This document shows, one piece after another, positions 26,071 to 39,350 of a DNA stretch of 60,433 nt. The stretch is from Chiloscyllium plagiosum (Eukaryota). How positions within the stretch are numbered: the first letter of the stretch is position 1; the number at the start of each line of letters is the position of its first letter. The stretch spans positions 8,902,014-8,962,446 of the forward strand of contig NC_057758.1 of the NCBI RefSeq assembly GCF_004010195.1. The letters run 5' to 3'. The notes beneath the pieces were generated by a model. That model had not been told where the DNA came from, made no database searches, and saw only the letters and a program-made list of their open reading frames with translations. The translations under genes were made by a program, and so were the position numbers.

Positions 26071-26696
26071 AATTCTTCAAAATTCATGACTGCTGTGGAA
26101 TGTTCCACTACACAGGACAGGCAAGTCAGTGTCATTAATTGTATCGTGGGCTGGGGTCCTTGAAGGAAGCGTTATGGGGAAAAGGAGGGAAACCGATGTT
26201 GAGAATGATCAGGTCAGTCACGATTGCCATAGGAAAGCAAAAAATGAGGATGACAAAAAGATATGTTCGTGGAGTTAGCAAAAATAGTGGTCGACAAAAT
26301 AAGTTGCAGGAAATTAAAGCTTCTGCACTTGAGGGAGGTTGAATGATTGCGCTATGTCTTATCTAAATGCTGAATTGGTTGTGCTGAATGCGACGACAGA
26401 CTACCAACTTGATTTATGGATCTTCACCTCAAACTCTGGCCATCAAATCATGTATAACTTTCGATTGTGTAGCTATCCTCTGAACAAAAGATCCTTGTTC
26501 TGTTGTTTCTGCTTTCCATGTCATGAACCCTGGACAATACCACGAAAGACAACTAGCCTCTTAGAATGCAATTATTCTATATCAATATGTTTGCACTGTA
26601 TGTATACTAAGCACAATTCAGTCTATCTTAATTTGGAATGGTATCATACCATCAAGTTGTCTGCATTCTTAACATGCTTATATCATTTCCTCAGAG

Positions 26697-27268
26697 GTAA
26701 CCTTCTCACAATTAGGATCCTACCTCGCAGAATATGTGGTCTTTCGAATTGCATCACACGTTATCTATGGTTACGTCAGTTTCAAATCTACTGGTTATTT
26801 TTCACGATCTTAATTTGAGGCATCTGTTGATCTTTTATCAAGTAACGTTTCGTTCCCTGTTGGAACAGACCATATGCAACATCCACGTTGTCCTGCTTTA
26901 TGCATGAAAGGACTGATCTGTCTGGTTCACGGTCACATTCAACTTTGATCGATTTGTGGCCATTCGTTATCAGAAACTGAGAAGTAAATATTACAGTGAG
27001 AAAACGGCAGCCGTGGTCTTGGAACAGTGACTATGGTGAGCAGCATGAAGAACATTTTCTGGTACTGTGCATTAACAAGTCAGTATCAGCGCATGAAAGT
27101 TCCATGATTTTGTGTTGTATTAGACAATGTTCAGTTCTCTCTGGTCTGTGTAATAGTCGGGTTCCTCCACAACTTACTAACCCCATATCTTCCACTTCTG
27201 CTGATTATACTGCTGAACCTTTTCACTTTCAGGAATATTTTAGTAAGCACGAAATCCCGCAGAAACCT
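26697..27268 (+). pseudogene. GPR139-like orphan GPCR pseudogene, exon 2 (TM1-TM5), truncated by a hairpin-type element
   Basis: AG acceptor, then NLLTIRILPRRICGLSNCITRYL..LLVIF..ICNIHVVLLYA*KD*SVWFTVTFNFDRFVAIRYQKLRSKYYSEKTAAVVL..KNIFWY..LLTPYLPLLLIILLNLFTFRNILVS. Contains stops and frameshifts. Confidence 0.88.
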
Positions 27269-27392
27269 GATGAAGGACATTTGCCCGAAATGTCGACTCT
27301 CCCGTTCCTCAAATCCTGCCTGATCCGATGTGCTTTTCCAGCACTACACTCTCGACTCCAATCTCCAGCATCTGCAGTCTTCACTTTCACCG
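27266..27392 (+). mobile_element. Short Penelope-terminus-derived non-autonomous element
   Basis: ctgatgaagg..gcccgaaatgtcga..ttttccagca..ctccagcatctgcagt. Same family at ~6085-6295, 10085-10160, 15040-15128, 42062-42192 and 57465-57645. Confidence 0.75.
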
Positions 27393-27554
27393 GTAACGTC
27401 TTGTCTGTCTTATTTATGTTTGAATAAGGCAACGTCTGATTCTCATGAATTGTATTTAGTGTCGACCTCAGTATCGGGGAACCTCAAATATCTGAATGAG
27501 ATGGGCGAGCACTGTTTCGTTTGTATAATCGATTATTCGGTTAATCAATGAAAT

Positions 27555-30500
27555 GCCTTTGCTTAAAGACTGCTCCTCTCAGACTGCATGGATAATTTGG
27601 AGGAACACTTGGATGCACTGGGGAACGACCAGAAGGCACAATTTGGAGCTGGTCACACTACAGGTGCACTCAGGTAGATGGGTGACCATGAGGACTGATT
27701 GTCGGGTAGAACAGAATACTCATGTTCCAAATCTCAAACAAGTACATAATTTGTATTGTTGGGGAAAAATATCCATTCGGGTGCAATATCAACAGCATCC
27801 AGATCTTTGACATTATGACGAGCTCTGCTGTAAAGCAGTGTATGGTGAAGTCCAAGGGGCAATTGCGGCATGGTACGCAGTAACCGGGGCCGAGACACGC
27901 CCTTCTGCGGTGTGATCGAGACTCCAGGACGATGAGTGCCTCATGGCGCCAAGACCGAGGCCGTCTCAAAGTGGTTGAGCAAATTTTCGAAGTTTACCTT
28001 ATACTCTAAAATCTGTTGTACACATTGGTGACAAAAAATTAATCAGAAGCGTATCAGGTCTGGCAGAGTTTTAAAAGATGGACTATTAGCATAGTAATCT
28101 CAGGTCACAGTGCTCATGAGACTTAAAGAGGAGAGTGGGGCAGTTGAATTTTCGCTGAGGAACCGGTGCAGAGGGCGGGGATGCATATTTTCCGAACATT
28201 GGATTCTGCTCTGAAACACAACTAACCTGTACAAGAGGGAAAGTTTGTACCGGAAAGAGACAACTATCAATACCCTGACGGAAAGTTTGCCCAGAACTAT
28301 TTTGAAGCGTTCGAATTCGTCTATCAAGATGGTGGGACAGAAATTATTCGACACACATGATGTGAAATTGCCAGTGATGGACGAGGTTCGACAATGGCAG
28401 ATGTTAACATGACAGCAGGATATAGTCCAAATGGTTTATTGGAATCAACAAGCTTCTGAAGTCACCTCACGGAGGAGTAGTACTGAGAAAGCTTTTACAT
28501 TCAAATAAACCTGTTGGACACCGGGTCTAACGAAGGACTCGAGCAGTGTGGCAATATGGGCTGAGGTCAGAAACAGGAAATTTTCAGGAACAATGTTTCG
28601 TTGTACTACAGGCCGCCCAACAGTGAGTGTGCGAGAGAAGTACAAATATATAAATAGATTATAGAAAGATGTGGGAGAATGACGTTAATGGTGACTGGAG
28701 ATTTTAATTTTCCTATTGTTGAACGAGATTCCCTAAATGTTAGAGGTCAAGTTCAAACAGAATTTGAAAGAAGCATCCAGAAAAGTTTTCTACAGCGGTA
28801 TGCACATGTGTCAACTCGAAAGGGACCGTACTCGACATAGTGTTGGTGAATGGGCCCGGCAAGGTGGCTCATATTTCAGTAGGGAGTTACTTCGGAAAAC
28901 AGTGATCAGCGTTCTGTAAATTTAAAATATCATCGACAAACACAAGCGTGGTCCACAAAGAAGAGTGCAAAATTGGGGAATGCCAACTGTAGGAAAATTA
29001 GGCTGCAGCTGGGGAATGTGGTTTGAGAACATCAGTTTGAAGGTAAATCCACTTTTGATATGTGGCAAGCTTTTCCAGCTAGACTTTTCCAGCTAGAAAA
29101 TCAGAGAGAGTAACGACAGGGTTACAAAATTATGGATGACAGGTGAAATTGTGAGTCGAGCCAAGAGGAAAAATAAATCATACCTAAGGACTCGGCGACT
29201 GAAAACAAACAAGGCTGTCGAAAAATATTGAGCAAGGACGAACAATCTGAAACGAGGAATTAAGAGGGCTACAAGGTGTTAATGAAATATCCTTATCAAC
29301 CAGTCTTTTATTCGTCTATGAGGAGCAAAAGGTCAACTAAAGAAAAGTTCGGCCCACAGATGGACAAGGGTGGAAAGTTATGCATGGAGTTATTGAAAAT
29401 CGGAGAAATTCTTAATGGGCACTTTGCACCAGCATTTAATGAGGAGAGGGAAATAACAGATACTGAGTTTAAGGATAGACGAATGATTACTCTCGGTGAC
29501 AGCAGTTTACACAGGGAGGAAATGTTCAGAATTCTGAAAGGAATTCAGATGGACGAGTTCCCAAGTCCGGATGGGATCTGTCCCAGGTTCCTGAAGGCAG
29601 TGAGAGAGGAAATAGTTGGAGGCTTAACACATCCTTTACAATTTCCTTGACCACTTGTGGGCTGCCAGAGGACTGCAGAATTGCTAATGCTGTCGAGTTG
29701 TTTAGGAAGAGTAGCAGGGGTAATTCAAGTAATTATAGGCCAGTTAGCCTGGCGTCAGACTTAGTGAAGTTGCTGGAGAAGGTATTGAGGAATAGGGATT
29801 GTCTGCTTTTGGAAGAAAATGGTCTTAAAAGGGGTAGGCATCATATGTTTGTTCAGGAACGGTCATGACATACAAAATTCATAGAATCATTTGATGAAGT
29901 GGACTCCAATCAGGCGTTTTATAAGGTTCCCATTGGTAGGTTGATGCAGAAAACGAAGATGCATGTGGTCAAGTGTATACTTGCTGGATGCATTAAGAAT
30001 GGTTTCGTTAGCAGGAGACAGACGGTCGTAAGGGAATGGAGTTTACTAAAATTAAAAACTATGAACAGTTGCGTTCCACTGGGATCCACACTGGGATCCA
30101 CTATTGATTGTGAACTACATAAGTGAGTTGGAGGAAGGTATAGGTGGTCTGATTTGCAAATTTGCAAATAACACTAAGATTGGTGGAACAGCAGAGAGTG
30201 AAGGAGACGGACAGTGAATGCAGCAGAATATAATTTAGAAAGATGATTGGAAATGGTGTACATGGAGTTCAATTCGCGCAAATGCGAAGTGATGCATTTT
30301 TCAACATCCAATTCAAGAGCGAACTCAACAGTAAATGCTGAAGTCCAAGGCAACACTGATGTACAGAGAGATCTGTGTGTTCACGTCCATGTGCCATTAA
30401 GGGAGAAACGAAGGTCGACACAATCATCAAGAAGGCATATGACATGCTTATCAGATGGGGTATTTAGTGAAAGTGTTTGCAGGTCATGTTGCAGTTGTAT

Positions 30501-31255
30501 AAGTCTTTGGTTCGACCAAGTTTCTGGTCGTGACATTATCAAAATAATGTGGATGCTTTTTAGAGGGTGCAGAGGAGGTTCAGCATGCTATGGAGGGCGT
30601 TAGCCATGAACAGAGGTTGAGCAGTTTGGGGTTGTTTTCTTTAAAAAGACAGAGGTTGACGGAGTTCCTGACTGAGGTCTGCAAAATCACAAGAGGTGTC
30701 GAAAGGGTGATTTGCAGCTGTTATCTTGGACTGGGGTTTACATATTTAAAAATCACGCAACATCAGGTTACAGTGCAACGAGTTTATTTGGAAGCAGTAG
30801 TTTTCGGAGCGCTGCTCCTTCATCAGCAGGTCAGCAACCTGATGAAGAAGCAGCGTGTTGAACGTTAGTGCTTTCAAATAAACCTGTTGGAAGATAACCT
30901 GATGTCATGCGATCTTTAACTAGGACAGGGTGGATAGCATAATGCTTTTTTTCCCACAGAGTGATCGACTCAATTACGAGCGGTCACAAGTTTATGTTGA
31001 GAGGAAAAAAGTTTGAGGGAGATATGTGCAGATCGTTATTTACACAGAGGGTGAAAGTGCCTGGTATGCGTTCCCAGCAGAGATGGTAGGGGGATGTACG
31101 ATAACGTAATTTTTAATGTATATCGACAAAAACTTGAATGGGCATTGAGCAGAGGAATACACATACTTAAAATTAGGCGAAGTTTTTCGAGAGTAGATCT
31201 CGTTCGTTTCTGTCTTGGGGAGTGGTGGTGGCGAAGGACCTGCTTCTGTGCTGTA
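27555..31255 (+). mobile_element. Near full-length decayed CR1 LINE (ORF1 esterase region, endonuclease, RT, 3' UTR)
   Basis: ORF1 RDSRTM..VVHIG (~27915-28030), VTGDFNFP (~28690), SPDGICPRFLK (~29565), NYRPVSL (~29731), VPLGSTLG (~30072), KFA..TKIGG (~30158) and FN..KCEVMHF. Confidence 0.9.
30746..30921. mobile_element. MER6-like palindromic short element inserted in CR1
   Basis: Arms are imperfect inverted repeats (aaaatcacgcaacatcaggtta...cttcatcag versus ctgatgaag...taacctgatgtcatgcgatctttaa). Confidence 0.8.
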
Positions 31256-31399
31256 AATTTCTTTGTTTTTTGTTGTTTAATTATGACCTGATGTCGAGTA
31301 ACATCGAGGTCGATGGACAAAGATAACGTGAGTACTGGTACAGCAGCAAGCTAAATGGACAGGACAGGCAAGAGTTTGGCGTGTAACAGAGGGAGTGTT

Positions 31400-34300
31400 A
31401 TCAATAAAACTTCATTTATTTCATTGCATTTCGTTAGTTACCGCGAGAGGCCTAACAAGTATTGAAGATGAACAAGTATATGCATGATAATATAGGACTG
31501 CATATTATAGTTATTACAGAAACATCTTTGAGCAAGAGATATTACTGTAAGTTCAATGCTCCAGGATGGAAATGTTGCAAGAAGAATACAAGGGGAGGGA
31601 AATGAAAGGAGGAGTGGCGTTCTTCATTTTGGTAAACTTCACTGCAGTATTTAGAGAGGGTATTCCTTTGGGATTGTCAAATGAGCCCATCTAGGTGAAA
31701 TTGAGAAATAAGAAGCGTGTGATCACTTTGATGGGATTGCACATCGGATCCCTCAATAGTTAGTGGAATATCGAGGAAGGAAGATCACAGACAACAAAAA
31801 GGATAATACAGTTGAAATAGTTGGAGATTTTATCTTTCCAAACATAGATTGGAATTTCCAGTGTTAAGATCTTGTTTAGGAATGAATTCTTCAAGTGTGT
31901 TCAAGAAAATTGTTCAATCGACAATACTAGAGGAACAGCAAATGCGAATATCTCTTGAGTCATCAGGCAAGGCAACTGACTGAGGTGTTAGTGCGGTAGC
32001 AGTTTATGACCAGTGACATTAACTCTATTAATCATTACACAATTATATAAAAGAGTTGGACTGTTCCACAAGCTAATTTTTTAGCCTGGGGCAAGTCCAA
32101 TTTCCATGGTGTTAGATACGAAATTTTATAATTTGTTTGGAAAGCTGTTTTCAGGTAAATGGATACCTAGCAAGTGGGTGGCTTCTAAGAGCAAGACAAC
32201 GCGGGTTTATGGTCCGCATGTTCCGATTAGTGTGAAAGCCATGGCTGGAAGGAGTAGGAGACTTTGGATATTTAAATAAATTGAAACTCTGGTGAAAAGA
32301 AAGAACGCAGGCGGCATAGTGGCTCAGTGGTTAGCACTGCTGCCTCACAGCGCCAGGGTTCCAGATTCGGTTCCAGCCGAGGGTGACTGTCTGTGTGGAG
32401 TTTACACAGTCTCCCCGTGTCTGCATGGGTTTCCTCCAGGTTCTCTGGTGTTCTCCCACATTCCAAACATGTGCAGGTCAGGTGAATTGACCATGCTAAA
32501 TTTCCCATAATATTAGGTGCATTAGTCAGTGGGAAATGGTTCGGGATGGGTTACTCTTCGGAGAGTCGTTGTGGACTGGTTGGGGGAAAGGGCCTGTTTC
32601 CACACTGCAGAGAACCTAATCTCAGAAAAGGCGTCTTTTGACTGTATATGCGAGTAAGATCACGAATATCCCTTTAAAAACATCGAAATTGTAAGTGCAT
32701 ATTTAAGAGGAAAATTCGGACACCGGCAATAGGTTTGGGGATAGCTTTGGTTCAAGAGATTCCGAAGAGAATCTACAAGTTCATTAACTGCAAGCGAATG
32801 ATTAGGGAGCGAATAGACCCATTCAAGATCATTCAAGGCCATCAATGTGTGGCTCCACAGCAGATAGGTGAGATCATAAATGAATATTTCGCGTTAGTGG
32901 AGAAGCACATGGAAGTTATGGCAATTGGAGAAATGAACGGTAACGTCTTGAATATCGTCCACGTTCACAGAAATGGACTCACTGGAGGACGTGAAATGGA
33001 CAGATGTAAGGAAATCACTGACTGCTGACATTATAGGAAAGCTCTGGAAAGAATTGGGGAACCCATGACAGAGTCACTTGCATCAAGAACATCCATGCAT
33101 GAGAGGCTGGTCACTGACGAGTAGTCAATTTTTTTAAAAAAACTACAAGGAAAATCCAGCGAGCTATGGAACGGTGAGCCTTACGTGAGTGTTTGGTACA
33201 TTGTTAATGTAGATTCTGAAGGAGTGGACAAACATGCATTTTAGAAGGTAAGGGCTGATTCAGCGTAGTCACCCTTTCTTTTTGTGTTCATCCATGTCAA
33301 ATCCTCCAGCGATTACTTTACTGTAAGGTGGAGCATTTTCAAGACATCACTATTTATCTCTCCCATTACCGTCGTATTCATGTGCTTCTACACGGGAAAT
33401 CTGATGAGAAATATTCGTTTAGGATCTCACCTATCTGCTGTGGCTCCACACATTGATGGCCTTGCTGATCTTTAAGAAAGCCGATTCTCTCCTTCGTCAT
33501 TTTTTTTTACGAAACTATGTGTCTCAGATTTGATTACGTGGTTGGAAGAGCTGACTAACAAGATATGTTAAGAGAAAATTTCAACCGTTTTCCATTTGGA
33601 CGACACAAATGCTTTCGACTAGGTTCCGCATAGTAACTTTGTTTGGAAGGTAAGATCACATTGAATAAACCAGAGCTGGCCAATTGGATACAAAATTGTC
33701 TTCATGGTAAGGGACTGCAGATGTTCCTGGAGGGCTGCTATTCAGATTAGACATTGACCAGCAATGTTCCAGAAGGATCTGTACTGAGTCCACTGTTGTT
33801 CGTCATTCAGGTAAATAATAAGAATATAGGAGGTATGGTTTGTGGTTGACAGCACTACGTTTGGCAGAGTGGATAGGAAAAATAAAAGATCTTAGAGTAC
33901 AATGTCGTTTAATTAAATTGACCAATGAGGCTAGGAGTGGCAGTTGGAGTGCAATTTGTTGAAAGGTGAGGTGTTGTATTTTGTAAAGACAAATTAGGGC
34001 AGGACGAACATCGTTGACTTGAGGAGCTCGGGCATCATTGTCTGGCATGTAGGCCGACGGGTCCTGGCATATTATTCCTTGCGAATGTTACCACAGGTGC
34101 ACATAGTGGTGAAAACAAAACATTAGACACACTTGCCTTCATCGGTCAGTGATTTCAGTCCAGATGTTGTGACTTCATAATATGGCTGTACAAGACAATG
34201 GAAAGGTTGCATTTGAAGTACCATGTACACTTCTGTTGGCCCCACAATGCAAAGCATGTTATTAAAATGGAAGTGTTCAAAAGGATTGACATGATGTACA

Positions 34301-34620
34301 CTGATTTTTAAGGAGAGTTTGGATAGTTTAGGATCATTTTTCACCTCAAGCATAGAAGGGTGAGAGTTGACATCTTCCAGTTTCAAAGCATCAGTAGTCT
34401 CCTAAATAAAATGAACACCCAAGTTCTTCCACCTGACGCAGGGGAGTCCAAAGAAAGAATGCATGCGTTAAAATGAGAGGGGAAAAAAATCAAATGGACC
34501 AATGGAGAACATTTTTTCAAAGAGATGGAGCAGCTTGAATGGAAGAAGCAGAGGAATGCGTAGATGCAGATACAGTGACAACATACAAAAAGGCAATTGG
34601 ACAGACACATAGAGAGAAAA
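31400..34620 (+). mobile_element. Older decayed CR1 LINE ORF2
   Basis: IVITET (~31505), KGGVAF (~31606), IVGDFIFPNIDW (~31817), AFD.VPH (~33610), VPEGSVLSPLLF (~33766). Confidence 0.85.
32307..32625 (+). mobile_element. HE1/V-SINE-like SINE
   Basis: A-box gtggctcagtgg, B-box-like region, V-domain-like tctccccgtgtctgcatgggtttcctcc and tail gggcctgtttccacactg. Confidence 0.9.
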
Positions 34621-34708
34621 TTTTTTAGAGCTTGTTATAAAGGTGTAGATGTGCACTCGACATTTAAGAAAGAGTGAAAGCTGGCAAGGACTGACGGCAA
34701 GCACAGAG

Positions 34709-37130
34709 TGTGATGAAGAATGTGAAAATTCAATATTTGGTTGCGAAACAAATAGCTGGAGCTGAGTTGCAGTGGGACGCAACAAATTCGAAATCGGCCA
34801 ATCAGTTTAAGTTGTCCCCCAAGATACTAAAACGCAAAAGAATTTTAATTTTAATATTTTGTTGACGTCAACTAATGAGACGGTCCATTGTTTTCTGGAA
34901 TAAAATCAATATTTTGAACAGTTGGCCAGAGCAGCAAAGAACACCAAGAGACTGGGCCTGCTGAATCGCTCACTGAAAGGTATCTTTACATATGACATCT
35001 GTGGAGCGGAAGACCGAAGAAGATAATATACAAAGATATAAGATAATCTGCACAGCTGACTGTTTTTGAAACGTGAATGTTTTGTAAAATTTAATCTGGG
35101 CTGTTTTATCCTATCACTAAATTGTTGTGGAGTGGGAGTTGAATAAATTCATCAAAGAAGGTTAGATGTTGTTTAATTTTTTTTTACAAATTGAAGTTAA
35201 ATAAAAATTTTGTTCAAATAACAACATTTTAAAAGTTTTTTTGTAACTCATACTTTAACGGATTACGAGACGAAGTGAGCGCTTCTGTGTGTCTGTTTTA
35301 CATTTGCAGAATGGTTTACCCCGTGATGTAACGTTTTAGTGCTCACATCTGACATTTGAACCATTTAGACAGATCCAGTCTGAGATTTGTACAAATTTGA
35401 ATAGATGTGGGGAATGAAAATCAAGTAGATTTGAACATTTACTGAACAGTGACCTAGATCATTAGATAAAATATAGGTGAGATTTATTTATAAAATTTCG
35501 ATTTCTTGCAATTGGTTCAATTAAAAATGAGTTAAATGGCTATTAAACTGCTTTCTTTGTTTAATTTGACACATTAGTTAGGCAGGTGGAATTATCCGAG
35601 GAATTACAGATAATTCCACTTCAGACGAAACTGGCGGACAGAGCTCTTGAGGTATTTGCATCGTGTCAGATGAGGCGTCAAACAGACTACTTAAGTGCTG
35701 ACGAATTGGTACCGGAAGCCACCAGACACGGGGTTCAGAACAAAAGGAAGGGACCAGATCAGAGATATTTTGAGTTTGAAAGAATTAAGCACATTTTGAT
35801 AGATGAGTGCAGGCCTTCAACATGGATAAGACCAATGAGGCTCTAACGAAGATTATTCTGCTGGCTGAGTTGAAAAATGCATCCAGAGAATGTTGGAATT
35901 CACGTGGATGAATAGAGAGTTCAGGAATTGGGAAGAGCAGAAGAGTACGCAGGTCAATACAGATGGGGCGTATCACATGTTTCCGGAAAGAATTTCATGA
36001 TGTGAGGAAAATGGGTTGGGAGACGGAGAGATATTACTTTGTGAAGCAAATATTGGAGAACATTTGTAAGTATTTAAGAAAAGGTTAAAAGAAAAGAAGC
36101 CCAAAGGGTGGAAAGGAGGTGAAAAGCCTCAATTATTTTCTCTGTGGTAAATTGGGACATGTAAAGACACAGTAATTATAGTCAAAGAAAGGGAGTGTGG
36201 GAATACGCGTGGTAAAATAACCTCAGTCAGTCGCATTAGTGAAAGTAGTGAAGGAAACCCAACAAAAGTCGAGGAGTTGCAGAGAGAGGGGCTGGGTAAG
36301 GGGTTAGTTCATGATATCTACAAAGACTACGCATCTGTGCGTAAAGCTTACTCAGAAAGAAAAGGATGGGGCAAGGCAAGAATTTATGATTTTAAGAGAC
36401 ATAGGATGTTCGCAGTCTCAAAAATATGAGATGAACGAATTTGCGTTGTTTCTGATCTGTTGACCGGGAGAGTGGTACTTTGTCACACATAAGGGCAGAA
36501 AATGTGAGATAAGATTTGATAAGTCTGGGAAAGTAACAGTGGCAGTGGTTGATAGATAGTCAATTCCACGAATGCAGTTTGTTCTTCAGAACGACTTCGA
36601 AGTGTCCAAGTTGAGAATAATAGACCTTGTTGGGGAGAAGCTCAAGGAAGACTTGGAAATTAAGGAGTTAAAAGAAAAATATCATGTATTTTCCAAGATT
36701 CCGTAGTAACAAGTTCCCACTAACTTAAGTCACAGCACGAAGCAAAAACTAACAGAATGATGAAGGATTATCGGTTCAGTAACGAACACGCTGTTTGATG
36801 TAATGGTGCAGGAGAAGCCTGATCAAGCAGAGGGAGAAAGGAGTGTTTAGTCCAGAAAGGCTAATGGACTTCCAACACAAAAAACGAGACCATATGTTGA
36901 AGCGTATCAGAAAATGAGGGAGAGAATATTCCTTTCAGGTTATTATCGGAAAGAACTGGGTAAACAGTTATTAGTTACTGCCTAACAGAGTGAGGAATCA
37001 AATCAAGATGTGGAATTTGATGTGCTTCAAAATGTGTTAAACAATGAGGAAGAAGGATAGTTTAGAAAACCATCTGTCTCAGAAGCAAAGAACGCACTTG
37101 AAAGATTTGTTAAAGCAGCACGAGGGATTG
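34709..37130 (+). mobile_element. Gypsy (Gmr1-like) LTR retrotransposon remnant: 5' LTR (~34709-35333), gag, protease
   Basis: LTR runs TGTGATG...tgtaac. gag QTKLADRALEVFAS..ELVPEA..FERIK, zinc-knuckle remnant CGKLGHVKTQ (~36143), protease ILRDIGCSQS (~36389), QRTHLKDLLKQH. Confidence 0.85.
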
Positions 37131-38085
37131 TTTCCTCCACCATCTTCGACTCTGTGCCTATTTTTAGGACCAAGACACCCTCCCTCCCACCTTGGGCACC
37201 TTCTCCGAACCTCAACATGCCCATTCTCCTGGACAGCCCGTGCTGACCTGCTACTCGCCCTTTACCTCTTCATTTCCAATTGCCGCTGTGACATCAATCA
37301 TCTCAACGTGTCCAACCGCCTCACCAATTCTACTCTCTCGCCCTCACAACGCTCATCCCTCCACTCCCTCCGCTCCATTCCCAACCTCACTATCAAACAG
37401 CAGACAAAGAGGGTGCAGTAGTTTTGTGGTAAACTGACCTCTACACCGCTGAAGGCAGGTGCCTCCTACCACCCATTCGACCATGACCTCATCCCCATCA
37501 CCAAACATCATCTCCCAGGCCATACTCAACCTCAAGACCTCAGGGGATCTCACACACATAGTGGATCCCCGCACCGCCAATTCTACCTACTACCAAGATC
37601 CTCAAACCTGGTTATCCCCGCCGACCTATCACCTCAGCCTGCTCCTGCCCCAACGAACTCATCGAAACCTACCTCGATACTATCCTATCTCCCGGTCCAA
37701 GAACTCCCCACATAGGCTCCGCCTCATTTTCGGAATATGCATCATTCGTTTGGGACACCACCCATGCCCTCCACCTCCTCCAAGATTTGAATGTCCCCGG
37801 CCGCCAACGCCTCATCCTCACCATTGACATCCAGTCCCTCTACACCTCCATCTGCCATGACCAGGGGTTCCAGGCTATCTGATTCTTCCTCTCCCGACTT
37901 CCCCAACTGGACCCTTCCACTGACACTCTTATTCGTTTCCTTGAAATGGTCCTCACCCTTAACAATTTGTATTTTCAATCCTCCCACTTGCTCCAGAGAG
38001 AAGGGGTAGCCATGGGCACCCGCATGGGCCCAAGCACTTCCCGTTTCTTTGTCAGCTACGTGGAAAAGTCTATCTTCCGGAATGA
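37130..38085 (+). mobile_element. Penelope-like RT fragment
   Basis: ACSCPNELI.TYLD, ILTIDIQSLYT, LTLNN and GVAMGTRMGPS. Confidence 0.85.
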
Positions 38086-38589
38086 TGTATGTACTTATTG
38101 ATTCAAGAATCCTGCCTGGACACACCTTACGAAGTCTGCTCCATTGAAACTATTTGCAGTACCAGCTTGTATAAGATCTCCCCTTAGCCTCCTTCGCTTG
38201 AAAGAAGAACATACTTGGTCAGACCAAACTCTCCTTCTCCTTCAGACGCCTGAGTCCTGTCAACATCCTTGTATATCTCCAGTGGAATCTTTTTCGATTT
38301 TAATAACATCATTCCTCCAGCAAGGTCATCAAATGTATACAGGTGCGGCGTCACCAATGCTCGACACAACTGCAACATAACTTTCCAACCGAGGAAAAGA
38401 AGAGGAATAGAGGATTTGTGACATTAGCAAATGAAGTGAAACAGCGAAAAAAACATCATTGAAAATTCATTAGAAATCCATATCAAGAAAAGGGAAATGA
38501 CAACGAAGCGGGAAGAAAGGGAAAAAAAAAGATCGACAGTAGAGTTAAAGGAGAAAGAATGTTAGTGCACATTCCCTCAGAACTTATGC

Positions 38590-38840
38590 TCTGAATGTTT
38601 ACACTACCTCAGCATTGATGCCCTGATAGTGTGGAACACATTCAGCACCGACCATCCGGTAGTGCAGTCTTACCTCAACATTGACACTCCTGTAGTGAGA
38701 CGATCCATCTGCACTGATTCCACAATAGTGGGCCGCTCCTTCGGGACTCACATACTAACAGTGCGGCTGTCACTTAGCACTGATCCTCGGACAGTGTGGT
38801 GATCCCTCAGCGTTGACCCCTCGACTGTACTGATCCCATG
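38590..38840. repeat. Degenerate ~32-bp tandem repeat (cctcagcactgaccctccgacagtgcgg-like)
   Basis: About 7 recurrences of cagca(c/t)tga....agtg. Confidence 0.7.
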
Positions 38841-38849
38841 CAGTTATAT

Positions 38850-39350
38850 ATCTCTAATGGTTGTGGTAAAAATTCTGGAGGTGTTCAAAGAGATTGGGAG
38901 TTGTGTAAAGGCTGAAGGATGTTTACGACCTGGTGAAGGGAGTGGTGGCTGGAGGTATTTACCGAGATAGGCAGTGGTGTACGGGCTCAAGAAGGTTAAA
39001 GAGTTAAGCCGGGATGTCGTGGACTTGAGTATGTTACAGAGACAGCGAGAACTGGAGGGACTGCAGGAGATTACACAGATGATAAAGGGTAATTGGACGG
39101 GAGAAGGGTGAAGAGACGGGGAGGGGTACAACGCGATTAATGAGCTGAGGAGATAGAGAGCGAAGTCTGCGGACAGGAGGAGGTAACATAGATCAGGAGG
39201 GTTATCGAAGCTTCAGGAAGCTGCAGACACAAGGAGGTGTTTAGGGACTGCAAGACGTTACAGAGATAGTAACGCTTTTAGAGGCCAGAAGAGGTCACGC
39301 AGGTATGGATTATTTTAGGTCTGGAGCAGGTTACATTGATAGGTGGGATG
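38850..39350. repeat. Degenerate ~37-bp purine-rich minisatellite
   Basis: Recurring ggaggttacagagatagggagg-like units. Confidence 0.65.

Noticed and set aside
32307..32380. tRNA gene
   Set aside because: The A/B boxes belong to a SINE head; there is no full cloverleaf.
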